From Acidobacteriota bacterium (lineage in GTDB: Bacteria > Acidobacteriota > Thermoanaerobaculia > UBA5066 > Gp7-AA6): DNA of 64,000 bases. Below the pieces are notes generated by a model. That model was not told the origin of the DNA and searched no databases. It saw only the letters and a list, made by a program, of their open reading frames with translations. Made by a program: the position numbers and the translations under genes. Where the stretch lies: positions 536 to 64,535 of the forward strand of contig DAHUXD010000050.1 in NCBI GenBank assembly GCA_027307335.1, read 5' to 3'. This document shows positions 1-9,705 of the stretch, in pieces; positions within the stretch are counted from its first letter, which is position 1, and each line of letters opens with the position of its first letter.

Positions 1-192
1 TGGCCGGTGTGGTCCAGTGGTTTTCGGGTCTTGCCTCGAGTACTTCTCGATCTCGCGTCGTCCCGAGACGGCCAGCTTCGCGTCGCGCCGGCAGTGGCTC
101 TCGACCCTCCCTTGGCAAGATTGAGATGCGAACATGATCATCCGAATTCTCGGGATCTTGGTGCTCCGATTTGAATAAGAAAGGATCCATGG

Positions 193-2901
193 ATGGCGCG
201 TCCCGCGGATTCCCAAATTGACGCCCACGAGTCGCGTCCTCAGGTCCGGGGCGACGAAGGCGACCTCGTCGGAAGCCGGTTCGGGCACCTGCGCGTCGTC
301 GGTTTGCTCGGGAGAGGTGGAATGGGGTCCGTCTACCTCGGCTACGACGACAAGCTCCAGCGCCATGTTGCCCTGAAGGCAATCAGCGCGGCGCGTCTCG
401 ACCCGGAGGGAAAAGCACGGTTTCTGCGCGAGGCGCGTGTTCTCTCGCAGCTGAAGCATCCGAACATCTGCGAGATCCATGATTACCTCGAGACGCCGGA
501 GCACGACTTCCTTGTCCTGGAACTGATCGAGGGCCGGACGCTAACGGAGGTCATCGCGGAGCGTCCGGACCGCGCCATGAGGATGCGCATCGCCGAGCAG
601 ATCGTTGGCGTCCTGGCGGCCGTGCACGCAAAAGGAGTCGTCCACCGAGACCTGAAACCATCAAACGTGATGGTCACCGCCCGTGGGGCCGTGAAGGTTC
701 TGGACTTTGGTCTCGCCCGAACTCTTGTGGGGACCTCCACCACCCTGGAGCTGCCCCCTCCGGCCGATGGGCAGAGGGTCCTGGAGAGTGCGACATCTTC
801 AGGCGAAGAGAGCCGGGACGGGCCGGTGGTCTCCGTCTTCAGTAATGTCACGGCCGCTCCTGACGGGGGCTCGAGTGTGACCCGGATCGGCACTGTGCTC
901 GGAACACTGGGTTACATGAGCCCGGAGCAAGCCCGAGGCGCGCCGGCCACTACAGCGAGCGACATCTACTCTTGCGGCCTCCTCCTCCAGGAGCTCTTCA
1001 CCGGCAAGCCTCCATTCGAGTCGGGCCTTACACCGATGGAGCAGGTCAGGCGCGCCCAGAATGCCGAGAGCCTTCCTATCGGAGGACTCGACTCCGAGCT
1101 GACCGCGCTCATCAACAGGCTTAAGGCCCTAGAGCCGGGCGTGCGGCCCTCAGCGCTCGACACGGCCGAGCGCCTGCAGTGGATCCGGGAGACACCTGGC
1201 AGGCGCCTCAAGAAGATCGCCGCCGCGACAGCAGTCGGTCTCGTCGCTCTAATCGCGGTCGGCGCCACGTACCAGGCGTACCGGATCCGTCAGGAGGCTA
1301 GCCGCGCGAATCGGGAGGCGGCGACCGCGCAGCGAGTTTCCGGGTTCCTCATCAACCTGTTTGAGATCTCCGAACCTGGAGAGAGTCGCGGCAGCAGCGT
1401 GACAGCACGTGAGTTGCTCGACAAGGCGGCTCGGGAGATCGAGGGAGGGCTGAAAGAGGAGCCCCTCGTCAAGGGGACCTTTCTTCAGACGATGTCAAGC
1501 GTCTATACGGAGCTCGGCCTCTACCAGCAGGCTCTCGACCTAGGCGCAAAAGGTCTCGACCAGCTCCGCTCCGTCTCGCCCCCCGACGAGGCGGCGATCG
1601 GCAGGTCTCTCGTCCAACTCGCTGACATCCATCGTCGGCTTGGCCAGTTCGAAAAGGCTAAACCGCTCTACCACCAGGCCCTCGCCGTTCAGGAGAAGAC
1701 CCTCGGTCCCGATCACCCTGACGTCGGGAGAACGCTCGACAGCTTCGGCCTCTACGAGCAGGATATGGGGAAGTTCGACCGGGCCGAGCCCCTTCACAAG
1801 AGAGCACTCTCGATCTTCGAGCGGACTTCCGGTCCCCGGAGCCGTGACGTCGCCTCCAGCATGACGAATCTCGCGATCGTCTACAAATCGCTCGGGAAAT
1901 ACGAGCAAGCCGCGGATCTCCAGCGCCGTGCGCTCGACATACAGCAGACCCTTCTCGGTCCCGATCATCCCGAGGTCAGTACCAGTCTGAACAATCTCGC
2001 CGTCATCGACTACGAGATGTTGAAGTACGACGAGGCAGATGAGCTCTTCAGGCGCGTACTCGCGAGGCGCGAGAAGACGCTCGGCCCGAACCATGCCGAC
2101 GTGGCAGAGGCACTGAATAACCTGGCGAATGTCGCGCAGGCCCGGGGTGACTTCAGGGGCGCCGAATCATTGCTTCGTCGGTCGGCTGAAGTCTGGGCAA
2201 CAGCTGTCGGACCCGATTCTCCGGATCTTCTCATTGCCCAGGCAAACCTGGCGACGGTATACCGCGATCTCGGCCGCTACGGCGAGGCAGAGACGCTTCT
2301 TCGCCAGACGCTCGCGGTCAACCGGAAGACTTTTGGATACGACCAGCTCAGTGTTGCCACGGACTGCCATCGGCTCGCCGTCGTACTTCAGGACCAGGGT
2401 CGCGCCTCCGAAGCGGATCCTCTGGAGCGGCATGCGGTCGAGGTGTTCGAGAAGACGCTCGGACCAGAGCATGCGAGCGTGGCGATCCTGATGATGAACC
2501 TCGCGGACATATCCCGGGTCGAGGGCCGGCCGTCAGATGCGGAGTCGCTCTACCGACGGGCTCTCTCGATCTCCGAGAAGGCGCTCGGCCTCGAGAATGC
2601 CGACATCGCGGATCTGCGTCTCCGGCTTGCAGCGCTCTGTCAAGACCTCGGCAGAAACGATGAGGCTACTTCCTATCTTGCACGCGCCCTCGAGATCTCG
2701 TCGAAGGCGACTGCTCGGGGCGACAAGTCGCCTTATGTCCTTGTCCGACAGGCGACCGCTCTCATTCTCCTCGGCCGCAGCGCCGAAGCACGCCCGATCG
2801 CCGAGCGCGTCTTCGCCACAGGATACCGTCGCCGCCCCTTCCTCGAACTGTGCAAGAAGAAAGGCATCGCACCGCCGCCCGCGGCAAGATCCGCGACGTG
2901 A
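193..2901 (+). CDS. Membrane-anchored Hanks-type Ser/Thr protein kinase with C-terminal TPR array
   Basis: Kinase motifs GRGGMG, VALK, HRDLKPSN, DFG and GTLGYMSPE. A TM helix (AAATAVGLVALIAVGATY) is followed by about 10 TPRs of the 'LGPDHPxVAxSLNNLA' type. SD-like AAGGA upstream. Confidence 0.93.
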   Translation: MARPADSQIDAHESRPQVRGDEGDLVGSRFGHLRVVGLLGRGGMGSVYLGYDDKLQRHVALKAISAARLDPEGKARFLREARVLSQLKHPNICEIHDYLETPEHDFLVLELIEGRTLTEVIAERPDRAMRMRIAEQIVGVLAAVHAKGVVHRDLKPSNVMVTARGAVKVLDFGLARTLVGTSTTLELPPPADGQRVLESATSSGEESRDGPVVSVFSNVTAAPDGGSSVTRIGTVLGTLGYMSPEQARGAPATTASDIYSCGLLLQELFTGKPPFESGLTPMEQVRRAQNAESLPIGGLDSELTALINRLKALEPGVRPSALDTAERLQWIRETPGRRLKKIAAATAVGLVALIAVGATYQAYRIRQEASRANREAATAQRVSGFLINLFEISEPGESRGSSVTARELLDKAAREIEGGLKEEPLVKGTFLQTMSSVYTELGLYQQALDLGAKGLDQLRSVSPPDEAAIGRSLVQLADIHRRLGQFEKAKPLYHQALAVQEKTLGPDHPDVGRTLDSFGLYEQDMGKFDRAEPLHKRALSIFERTSGPRSRDVASSMTNLAIVYKSLGKYEQAADLQRRALDIQQTLLGPDHPEVSTSLNNLAVIDYEMLKYDEADELFRRVLARREKTLGPNHADVAEALNNLANVAQARGDFRGAESLLRRSAEVWATAVGPDSPDLLIAQANLATVYRDLGRYGEAETLLRQTLAVNRKTFGYDQLSVATDCHRLAVVLQDQGRASEADPLERHAVEVFEKTLGPEHASVAILMMNLADISRVEGRPSDAESLYRRALSISEKALGLENADIADLRLRLAALCQDLGRNDEATSYLARALEISSKATARGDKSPYVLVRQATALILLGRSAEARPIAERVFATGYRRRPFLELCKKKGIAPPPAARSAT

Positions 2902-2905
2902 AATG

Positions 2906-2935
2906 AAAAGGGGCCAAGCATTACCGCCTGGCCCC
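2906..2935 (-). terminator. Intrinsic terminator downstream of tRNA-fMet (between convergent genes)
   Basis: Minus strand reads GGGGCCAGGCGGTAATGCTTGGCCCC-TTTT, a GC stem plus U-tract. Confidence 0.75.
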
Positions 2936-2946
2936 CTAAATCGACT

Positions 2947-3023
<77 letters not shown>

Positions 3024-3034
3024 GCAGAGGGCGC

Positions 3035-3063
3035 ACCTTATCGGAGACGAATAGCCCCGTCAA
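3035..3063 (-). promoter_or_regulatory. Sigma70-type promoter for tRNA-fMet
   Basis: Minus strand TTGACG-N17-TAAGGT, with the -10 box ending 11 nt upstream of the tRNA. Confidence 0.7.
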
Positions 3064-3078
3064 GTCGCGCCGCGGCGG

Positions 3079-4389
3079 TCATTTGGACGGTGGCGCCAGG
3101 GTCGCGAGGCGCTCCTTGCTGATCTTCAGAACGACGCCGGCGTTGCGGTCGGCGACCTCGCTGATGCGGTACTCCGCGGCCGTTCCCAGGACCTGCGCGA
3201 CCTCCGCCGGCGTGAGCTTGTAGCGGTCGGAAAGCCATGCCGCCATGTTCGAGGTCGCGGACTTGAACGCGCCGTCGATCGAGCCGTCGAGGCCCATCGC
3301 CATGATGTGGGTGGCGTTCTCCATCCGCGGCGGCCCACCGCCGCCCGGACCCGGAACCACGTCGACGGTGAGCTCGACGTCCATCGAGGTCTCGAGCGCG
3401 TCGCCGGTGAGCTCGCCGTCACCCTGGACGGCGTGCCCGTCTCCCACGTAGAGCAGCGCGCCGGGCACGTTGACCCGCAGGTAGAGAGTCGCGCCCTCGA
3501 CGATCTCGTTGAAGTCCATGTTCCCGCCGTACCGGCCCGAGTCTCCGGTTCCGGGGGGAGCCTGCGCCGGCGGCGGTGCGACGGCGACGCAGCCGAGCAT
3601 CGGGCGGACCGGCACGGAATAGCGCGCGAGGTGCTCGGACGGCTTCTCCGGAGTCGCGACGCCCTTCTGGACGTCGAGGCGCCAGCGGACCTGGTTGCCG
3701 CCCTCTTTCATCTTCACCGCCAGATCGGAGTCGAGCCCGCGGTCGACGATCCCGTCGTCGCTGATCGCCCAGTCGCGGTTCAAACGCAGCTTCGTGATCT
3801 TCACGACCAGCGTGTCGCCCGGCGCGGCGCCCTCGACGGAAAACGGCCCCGTCTGTGGGTTCCCGCCGCGGACCCGATGCGTCCCCTTCTCGTCCGTGCC
3901 GCCCGCGTCGACCGTCGTCGTGTGGACCGTGTCGCCGGGAGCGATCGTCAGGACCGCCGGAATCGCCGGCGAGAACTGCCGATGGAACGTCGTCGGCACG
4001 AAGTCGTGGCGGCGCGGCGGTCTCGTCGGCCGCAGCGGCGCCGGCTGCGCCGTGAAGGGCTGCGTCTCGGGATGCGTCGGGTCGTTGCTGAAGGCGATCG
4101 TGATCGATCCCTTCAGAGCGCCGCCCTCGAGCCGGGCCGTCGCTTCCTCCCAGCCTCCCTGCTCGTCTTTCGCCCGGAACCGGATCTCGCTTCCCGAGAC
4201 GGTTCCCTCGAGCTTGTCGCCGCCGAAGTCGCCGGTGAGCTTGTCTCCCTGCTGCACGAGGGTCATGACGTAGTAGGACGGGACGCCGAAGGATTCCAGG
4301 GTGACGACCCACCGCCCGGCGATCGGTGGGGCTTCGGCCAGCAGGACACCCGAGCCGAGGCATAGCAGAGCAACGATCAGCCGACGCAT
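3079..4389 (-). CDS. Secreted acetamidase/formamidase family protein
   Basis: Motifs NPQTGPF, GGNMD and GDGHAVQGDGELTG..LETS. Start re-chosen at MRRLIVALL (signal peptide, GGAGG SD). Confidence 0.88.
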   Translation of the reverse strand: MRRLIVALLCLGSGVLLAEAPPIAGRWVVTLESFGVPSYYVMTLVQQGDKLTGDFGGDKLEGTVSGSEIRFRAKDEQGGWEEATARLEGGALKGSITIAFSNDPTHPETQPFTAQPAPLRPTRPPRRHDFVPTTFHRQFSPAIPAVLTIAPGDTVHTTTVDAGGTDEKGTHRVRGGNPQTGPFSVEGAAPGDTLVVKITKLRLNRDWAISDDGIVDRGLDSDLAVKMKEGGNQVRWRLDVQKGVATPEKPSEHLARYSVPVRPMLGCVAVAPPPAQAPPGTGDSGRYGGNMDFNEIVEGATLYLRVNVPGALLYVGDGHAVQGDGELTGDALETSMDVELTVDVVPGPGGGGPPRMENATHIMAMGLDGSIDGAFKSATSNMAAWLSDRYKLTPAEVAQVLGTAAEYRISEVADRNAGVVLKISKERLATLAPPSK

Positions 4390-4482
4390 TGGTCCTCCTC
4401 GTCCGTCGCCGGACGCGACACGTTCGCCGTACAACATGACGTCGTCCCACGGCGAAGGTTCCGCGCCGAGGAGCGAGCGCGG

Positions 4483-5412
4483 CTACTTGCCCGCCGCCGC
4501 CAGCGCGTTTTCCTTCGTGATCATCAGCGTCGGCAGCACGATCTTGTGCGGCACCTTCTCCCCCTTGAAGATGCGCTCCGCCGCGTCCACCGCCTCGCGC
4601 CCGCCCGTCGGGTAGACGAAGGTGGCCGACAGCTTCCCGTCCGCCACCGCCTGGCGGCCTCCGTCGAGACCCGGCAGCCCGTCGATGCCGACGAACTTCA
4701 TCTCGCCGTCGCGGCCCTTCGCCTTCGCCGCGAGGTAGGCGCCGATCGCCATCGGGTCGTTGTGCGCGTACACGAGGTCGATGTGGTCGTGGGCGGCGAG
4801 CGCCGACTCCATCTGCGCCATCGCCTCCTCGCGGAGCCAGTTCGCGACCGGATCGTGGACGATCCGGATGCCGGGGTACGCCGCGATCGCCTCGCGGAAC
4901 CCGCTGCTGCGGTCCTGCGCCGGCGGCGAGCCGGGCAGGCCCTTGATCTCGACGATGTCGCCCTTCCCGTTCAGGATCTTCGCGACGTAGGCGCCGGCGG
5001 CCATGCCGATCTGCTTGTTGTCGGCGCCGATGAAGGTCGTGTACGTGTCTCCCTCGATCGCGCGATCGAGCACGATCACGGGGATTCCGGACTCGAACGC
5101 CTTCTTGACGATCGGCGTCAGCGGCTTCGCCTCGTTCGGCGAGATCATCAGCAGGTCGATCTTCTGGCGGAGGAAGTTCTCGACGTCGGCGACCTGCTTG
5201 GCGTTGTCCTGCTGCGCGTCCGCGAAGGCGACCTCGAGGTCGGGAAAGTCCTTCGCTCGCGCGGCGACCTCGGCGTTCATCGCGACGCGCCAGGGCTCGC
5301 CGAGGTTGCACTGCGAGAAGCCGATGAGGTGCTTCGCGGACTTCGCCTTGCCGCAGCCGATCGGCGCGAGCGCGAGCGCCAGCGCTGCGGCGACGATCGT
5401 CAGCCGCCGCAT
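4483..5412 (-). CDS. Sugar ABC transporter substrate-binding lipoprotein (RbsB/LacI-like fold)
   Basis: Motifs IGFSQCNLGEPWR, ADNKQIG and AHNDPMAIGA, with a lipoprotein-like signal ending PIGC. Start re-chosen at MRRLTIV. Confidence 0.9.
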   Translation of the reverse strand: MRRLTIVAAALALALAPIGCGKAKSAKHLIGFSQCNLGEPWRVAMNAEVAARAKDFPDLEVAFADAQQDNAKQVADVENFLRQKIDLLMISPNEAKPLTPIVKKAFESGIPVIVLDRAIEGDTYTTFIGADNKQIGMAAGAYVAKILNGKGDIVEIKGLPGSPPAQDRSSGFREAIAAYPGIRIVHDPVANWLREEAMAQMESALAAHDHIDLVYAHNDPMAIGAYLAAKAKGRDGEMKFVGIDGLPGLDGGRQAVADGKLSATFVYPTGGREAVDAAERIFKGEKVPHKIVLPTLMITKENALAAAGK

Positions 5413-5416
5413 CGCC

Positions 5417-8074
5417 CTACCGCCGCCGCCGCTGGAGCCAGACCGCGCCGAGGATGATGACGCCCTTGAGGATGAGCTGCAGGTTCGCATCGACATTGTT
5501 CAACCCCATGATGTTGTTGATGACTCCGATCGTCAGCACGCCGACGAGGGTGCCGCCGACCGTTCCGACGCCGCCCGAGAGGCTCGTCCCTCCGATGACC
5601 ACGGCGGCGATCGCATCGAGCTCGTACGCGACGCCGTCGTTCGGATTCCCCTGCTCGAGCTGCGCGCAGTGAACGAAGCCGGCGAGCGCGGCGAGGGCCG
5701 CCGCGATCCCGTAGACCGACGCCTTGTGCCAGGCGACGCGGATGCCCGAGAGCCGAGCCGCCGTTTCGTTGTCGCCGATGGCGTAGAGATAGCGGCCCGC
5801 GGTCGTGCGCGACAGGTACACGTGCATGGCCGCGACCGAAGCGAGGAACAGCACCGCCGGCACGGGCACGTACGGCACGATGACGCCCGCGATCGCCCGC
5901 ATCGACTCCGGCGCGGCGCCCGGACCGAACCCGAGGGGGATCGCCGTGCCGCCGCTGACGTACCGCGCCACGCCGCGCGCGGCGCTCATGGTGGCGAGCG
6001 TGGCGATGAAGGGCTGGAGCTTCAGGCGCGACACCGCGAGCCCGTTCACCGCGCCGCAGGCGAGACCCGCGCCGATCACGAGCGCGAGGGCGACGCCGAA
6101 GGAGAGCCCGGCGCGCATGAACGCCCACGCCGTCAGCGTGGCCGCGAGCGCGAGCACCGACCCGACCGAGAGATCGATGCCTCCGGACACGACGACCGCC
6201 GTCATCCCGACCGCCAGGATCCCCTTCTCCGCCACCTGGCGGAGGATGTCGGTGAGGTTCCCGATGCCGAGGAAGACCGGCCGGCCGCCGCGCACCGGCG
6301 AGAAGACGATCGAGAGCGCGATCACCCCGGCGAGGCCGAGCAGGCTCGTCAGCCGAGCGAGGCGGCTCCGCCGCGAGGGAGCGGCCGGGGGAGGTGGCGG
6401 ATGGTGTCCCCTCACCCCTGCCCCCTCTCCCGGAGGGAGAGGGGTGTCGTTTCCCGGCATGCCCGCGGCCGCCGCGAGCACGCGCTCCTCCGTCGCCTCG
6501 TCGTGCGCGAGCTCCGTCGCCACGCGTCCCTCGCGAAAGACGACGATGCGATGGCACTGCGTGAGGATCTCCGACATCTCGGACGAGCACAGCACGATGC
6601 CGAACCCCTCGGCCGACAGGCGCCGCAGCAGCGCGTAGATCTCGGCGCGCGCCGCGAGATCGATGCCGCGCGTGGGCTCGTCGAGGAGGAGCACCGACGG
6701 CGAGGCGAAGAGACACCGCGCGAGCAGCGCCTTCTGCTGGTTGCCGCCGGAGAGGGTCGCGATCGGCGTCGTGGGCGACGCGGCGCGGACACCCGTCTCC
6801 CGCAGGCCCTTCTCCGCCGCGGCGCGCGCCCTCCCGCGGTCGATCCAGCCCGCGCGGCCGAGCTTCTCGAGCGCGCCGATGACGACGTTCTCGCCCACGC
6901 CCATGTCGGGGAAGATCGCCTGCGCCTTGCGCTCCTCGGGCAGCAGCACGAGCCCGGCGCGCCGCGCGCCCGCCGGCGTGGACGGCCGGTACTCGCGGCC
7001 GGCCAGCCGCACGGTTCCGCTCACGCCTTTCTCGATCGCGCCGGCGAGCGCGAGGAGGAAGTCGGTGCGGCCCGCGCCGATCAGCCCCGCGAGACCGACG
7101 ATCTCGCCGCGCCGGACCGACAGCGAAACGTCGCGCACGCGGAAGCCGCTGGGCCTCTCCGGATCGGCGACCGACAGGCTCTCGACGCGGAGGACCTCCT
7201 CCGCGCCGGCGGCGAGGGGCTCGAGCGCGACGTCCGGGATCGCTCGACCGACCATGAGCCGCACCATCTCCGCCTCGTCGAGGCCGGCGGCCTCCCGCGT
7301 CTGGACGAGGCGCCCGTCGCGGAGCACGGTCACTCGATCCGCGAGGCGGCGGACCTCCTCCAGCTTGTGCGAGATGTACACGACCGCGACGCCGCGCTCC
7401 GCGAGCCGCCGGATCAGGCGCTCGAGGCGCGCCGCCTCCTCGGCGCCGAGCGCGGCGGTCGGCTCGTCCATGATGATCAGGCGCGCGTCGAGCGACAGGG
7501 CCCGTGCGATCGCGACGAGCTGCCGCTGTCCGGACTCGAGGTGCTCGACGGCCTCTCCGGCCGGCACGTGCGTCTCGCCGAGCGCCGACAGCGCCTCCGT
7601 CGCGCGCGCCGCCAGCGTCCGCGCGTCCACCAGGCCCGCGCCGGTCGTCGGCTCGCGCCCGAGGAAGATGTTCTCGGCGGCCGAGAGCGGCTCGACGAGC
7701 TGCAGCTCCTGCGGGATGACGGCGATGCCGCGGGCGATCGCCTCGCGCGGATCGGCCATGCGGCGCAAGACGCCGCCGAGGCGCACCTCGCCCGCGTAGT
7801 CCGGGATCTCTCCCGCGAGGATGCGCACGAGCGTCGATTTTCCGGCGCCGTTCTCGCCGATCAGCGCGTGCACCTCGCCGGCCATGACGTCGAAGTCGAC
7901 GCCGTCGAGCGCGCGGACGCCGGGGAACTCCATGGAGATGCCGCGGGCGGAGAGGAGCGGGGCGCCATCACGCCCCTCACCTTGTCCCTCTCCCGGAGGG
8001 AGAGGGGACCCGATTCGACCCCCTCTCCCGTCGGGAGAGGGTTGGGGCGAGGGGGGCGGTTGCGCCGGGCTCAC
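5417..8074 (-). CDS. Fused sugar ABC transporter: double ATPase (RbsA-like) plus permease (RbsC-like)
   Basis: Walker A GENGAGKS, DEPT twice and LSGGNQQK, then with no stop the permease motifs GGIDLSVGS, GRYLYAIG and YELDAIAAVVIGG. The GTG start overlaps the araB stop (GTGA). Confidence 0.88.
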   Translation of the reverse strand: MSPAQPPPSPQPSPDGRGGRIGSPLPPGEGQGEGRDGAPLLSARGISMEFPGVRALDGVDFDVMAGEVHALIGENGAGKSTLVRILAGEIPDYAGEVRLGGVLRRMADPREAIARGIAVIPQELQLVEPLSAAENIFLGREPTTGAGLVDARTLAARATEALSALGETHVPAGEAVEHLESGQRQLVAIARALSLDARLIIMDEPTAALGAEEAARLERLIRRLAERGVAVVYISHKLEEVRRLADRVTVLRDGRLVQTREAAGLDEAEMVRLMVGRAIPDVALEPLAAGAEEVLRVESLSVADPERPSGFRVRDVSLSVRRGEIVGLAGLIGAGRTDFLLALAGAIEKGVSGTVRLAGREYRPSTPAGARRAGLVLLPEERKAQAIFPDMGVGENVVIGALEKLGRAGWIDRGRARAAAEKGLRETGVRAASPTTPIATLSGGNQQKALLARCLFASPSVLLLDEPTRGIDLAARAEIYALLRRLSAEGFGIVLCSSEMSEILTQCHRIVVFREGRVATELAHDEATEERVLAAAAGMPGNDTPLPPGEGAGVRGHHPPPPPAAPSRRSRLARLTSLLGLAGVIALSIVFSPVRGGRPVFLGIGNLTDILRQVAEKGILAVGMTAVVVSGGIDLSVGSVLALAATLTAWAFMRAGLSFGVALALVIGAGLACGAVNGLAVSRLKLQPFIATLATMSAARGVARYVSGGTAIPLGFGPGAAPESMRAIAGVIVPYVPVPAVLFLASVAAMHVYLSRTTAGRYLYAIGDNETAARLSGIRVAWHKASVYGIAAALAALAGFVHCAQLEQGNPNDGVAYELDAIAAVVIGGTSLSGGVGTVGGTLVGVLTIGVINNIMGLNNVDANLQLILKGVIILGAVWLQRRRR
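6408..6444 (+). repeat. Palindromic repeat (CCCTCTCCC-N3-GGGAGAGGG family), copy A, inside CDS
   Basis: CCCCTCACCCCTGCCCCCTCTCCCGGAGGGAGAGGGG, translated as TPLPPGEGAGVRG in the ATPase-permease linker. Confidence 0.85.
7973..8056. repeat. Inverted doublet of the same palindromic repeat (copies B1 and B2), inside CDS 5' end
   Basis: 7973-8007 CCCCTCACCTTGTCCCTCTCCCGGAGGGAGAGGGG and 8019-8056 CCCCCTCTCCCGTCGGGAGAGGGTTGGGGCGAGGGGGG, in opposite orientations. Confidence 0.85.
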
Positions 8075-9705
8075 CCTCTCCCCCGCCGCAGTCGCGCCAT
8101 GAAAGCGGCGCCGGGGCCGCGGCCGAAGTGGTCGTGGAGCGCGAGCCAGTCGGGGTACAGCGCGTCGTACGCGTCGGCCGCCGCCTTCTGCGGTAGCACG
8201 CGCTGCGGCTTCAGGTGCGCCATCGCGCCTGCCGCGCCGACGAACGAGGCGTGGCCGCCGCGCGACGGCCCCGCCGCGACCGCGCCCAGCATCGCGGCGC
8301 CGAGGGCCGACGCGTTCGCGGTCGCCGCGAGCGCGATCGGCCGCCGCGTGACGTCCGCGTAGATCTGCAGCAGCAGCGGGCTGCGTTCCGCGAGGCCGCC
8401 GACGGCGATCAGCTCCGTCACCGGGATCCGCTCCGCCTCGAACGCGTCGAGGATCCGCCGCGTCGAGAAGGCCGTCGCCTCGATCAGCGCGCGGTAGATC
8501 TCCGCCGCGGTCGTCGCGAGCGTCAGCCCGACGAGGAGGCCCGAGAGGTTCGCGTCGACGAGCACGGAGCGGTTGCCGTTCCACCAGTCGAGCGCCAGGA
8601 GTCCGCGCGCCCCGGGCGGCGCCGCCGCGGCCTCGCGCTCGAGCGCCGTGAAGTCGCCGCCGCCCGCGATCTTCGCGAACCAGCCGAAGATGTCGCCGAC
8701 CGCCGGCTGCCCCGCCTCGTAGCCGTAGAAGCCCTCGACGATCCCGTCGGCGACGACCCCTCCGATTCCCTGCACGGGCGCGTAGCGCTCCGAGAGCAGC
8801 ATGTGGCAGGTCGAGGTTCCCATCACCATCACCATGCGGCCGGCCTCGACGACGGTCGCCGCCGGGACGGCGCTGTGCGCGTCGATGATCGCGGCGCCGA
8901 CGGCCGTGCCGGGAGCGAGGCCGAGGCGCGCGGCCATCGCGTTCGTGAGGCCGCCCACCGAGCGGCCCGGCGGCACGAGCTCGCCGCCGAGCTTCTCACC
9001 GAGCGTCGCGAATCGCGGGTCGAGAGCGCCGAAGAACTCCCTCGAGGGAAATCCGCGGGCGCGGCTCCAGAAGCCCTTGTAGCCCGCGCCGCAGGCGTTG
9101 CGCACGCGCGCGCCGGTCAGCTCGCCGACGACCCAGTCGCCCCCCTCGACGATCGAGGCCGCGGCGGCGTAGACCTCCGGGTCCTCCTCCAGCACCTGCA
9201 GCGCCTTCGCCGCGAGCCACTCGGAGGACGTGCGCCCGCCGTAGTCGGCGAGAAACGCCTCGCCCCGCGCCTCCGCGGCCGCGTTGATGCGGTCGGCCTG
9301 CGGCTGCGAGGCGTGGTGCTTCCAGAGCTTCACCCAGGCGTGGGGCCGCTTCGCCCACCGCGCGTCGAGACAGAGCGGCGTGCCCGATGCATCGACCGGC
9401 AGCACCGTGCACGACGTGAAGTCGACGCCGATGCCGACGATCGCCTCCCTCGGCACGCCGGCCGCCGCGATCGCCTGCGGCACGGCACGCTCGATCGCCT
9501 CGATCCAGTCGCCGGGATGCTGGAGCGCCCAGTCGTGCGGAAGGCGCTCCCTCGCTCCCGGAAGCGCGGTCTCGATCACGCCGTGCCGGTAGTCGGCGAC
9601 CGCGGAGCCGCGCTCGCGGCCCGTCCGCGTCTCGACGACGAGCGCGCGGACGGAGGCCGTCCCGAAGTCGAGACCCAGCGCGCAGGGCGCCTGAGGCTCC
9701 GTCAC
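8071..9705 (-). CDS. araB: Ribulokinase (FGGY family)
   Basis: Motifs LGLDFGTASVR, IGVDFTSCT, HAWVKLWKHH, IDAH, MGTSTCH, YEAGQ and LDWWNGNRS. The GTG start overlaps the upstream stop. Confidence 0.9.
   Translation of the reverse strand: MTEPQAPCALGLDFGTASVRALVVETRTGRERGSAVADYRHGVIETALPGARERLPHDWALQHPGDWIEAIERAVPQAIAAAGVPREAIVGIGVDFTSCTVLPVDASGTPLCLDARWAKRPHAWVKLWKHHASQPQADRINAAAEARGEAFLADYGGRTSSEWLAAKALQVLEEDPEVYAAAASIVEGGDWVVGELTGARVRNACGAGYKGFWSRARGFPSREFFGALDPRFATLGEKLGGELVPPGRSVGGLTNAMAARLGLAPGTAVGAAIIDAHSAVPAATVVEAGRMVMVMGTSTCHMLLSERYAPVQGIGGVVADGIVEGFYGYEAGQPAVGDIFGWFAKIAGGGDFTALEREAAAAPPGARGLLALDWWNGNRSVLVDANLSGLLVGLTLATTAAEIYRALIEATAFSTRRILDAFEAERIPVTELIAVGGLAERSPLLLQIYADVTRRPIALAATANASALGAAMLGAVAAGPSRGGHASFVGAAGAMAHLKPQRVLPQKAAADAYDALYPDWLALHDHFGRGPGAAFMARLRRGRG

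Noticed and set aside
1-141. Open minus-strand frame running off the left edge
   Set aside because: No recognisable motif or SD, and it cannot be judged without upstream sequence.
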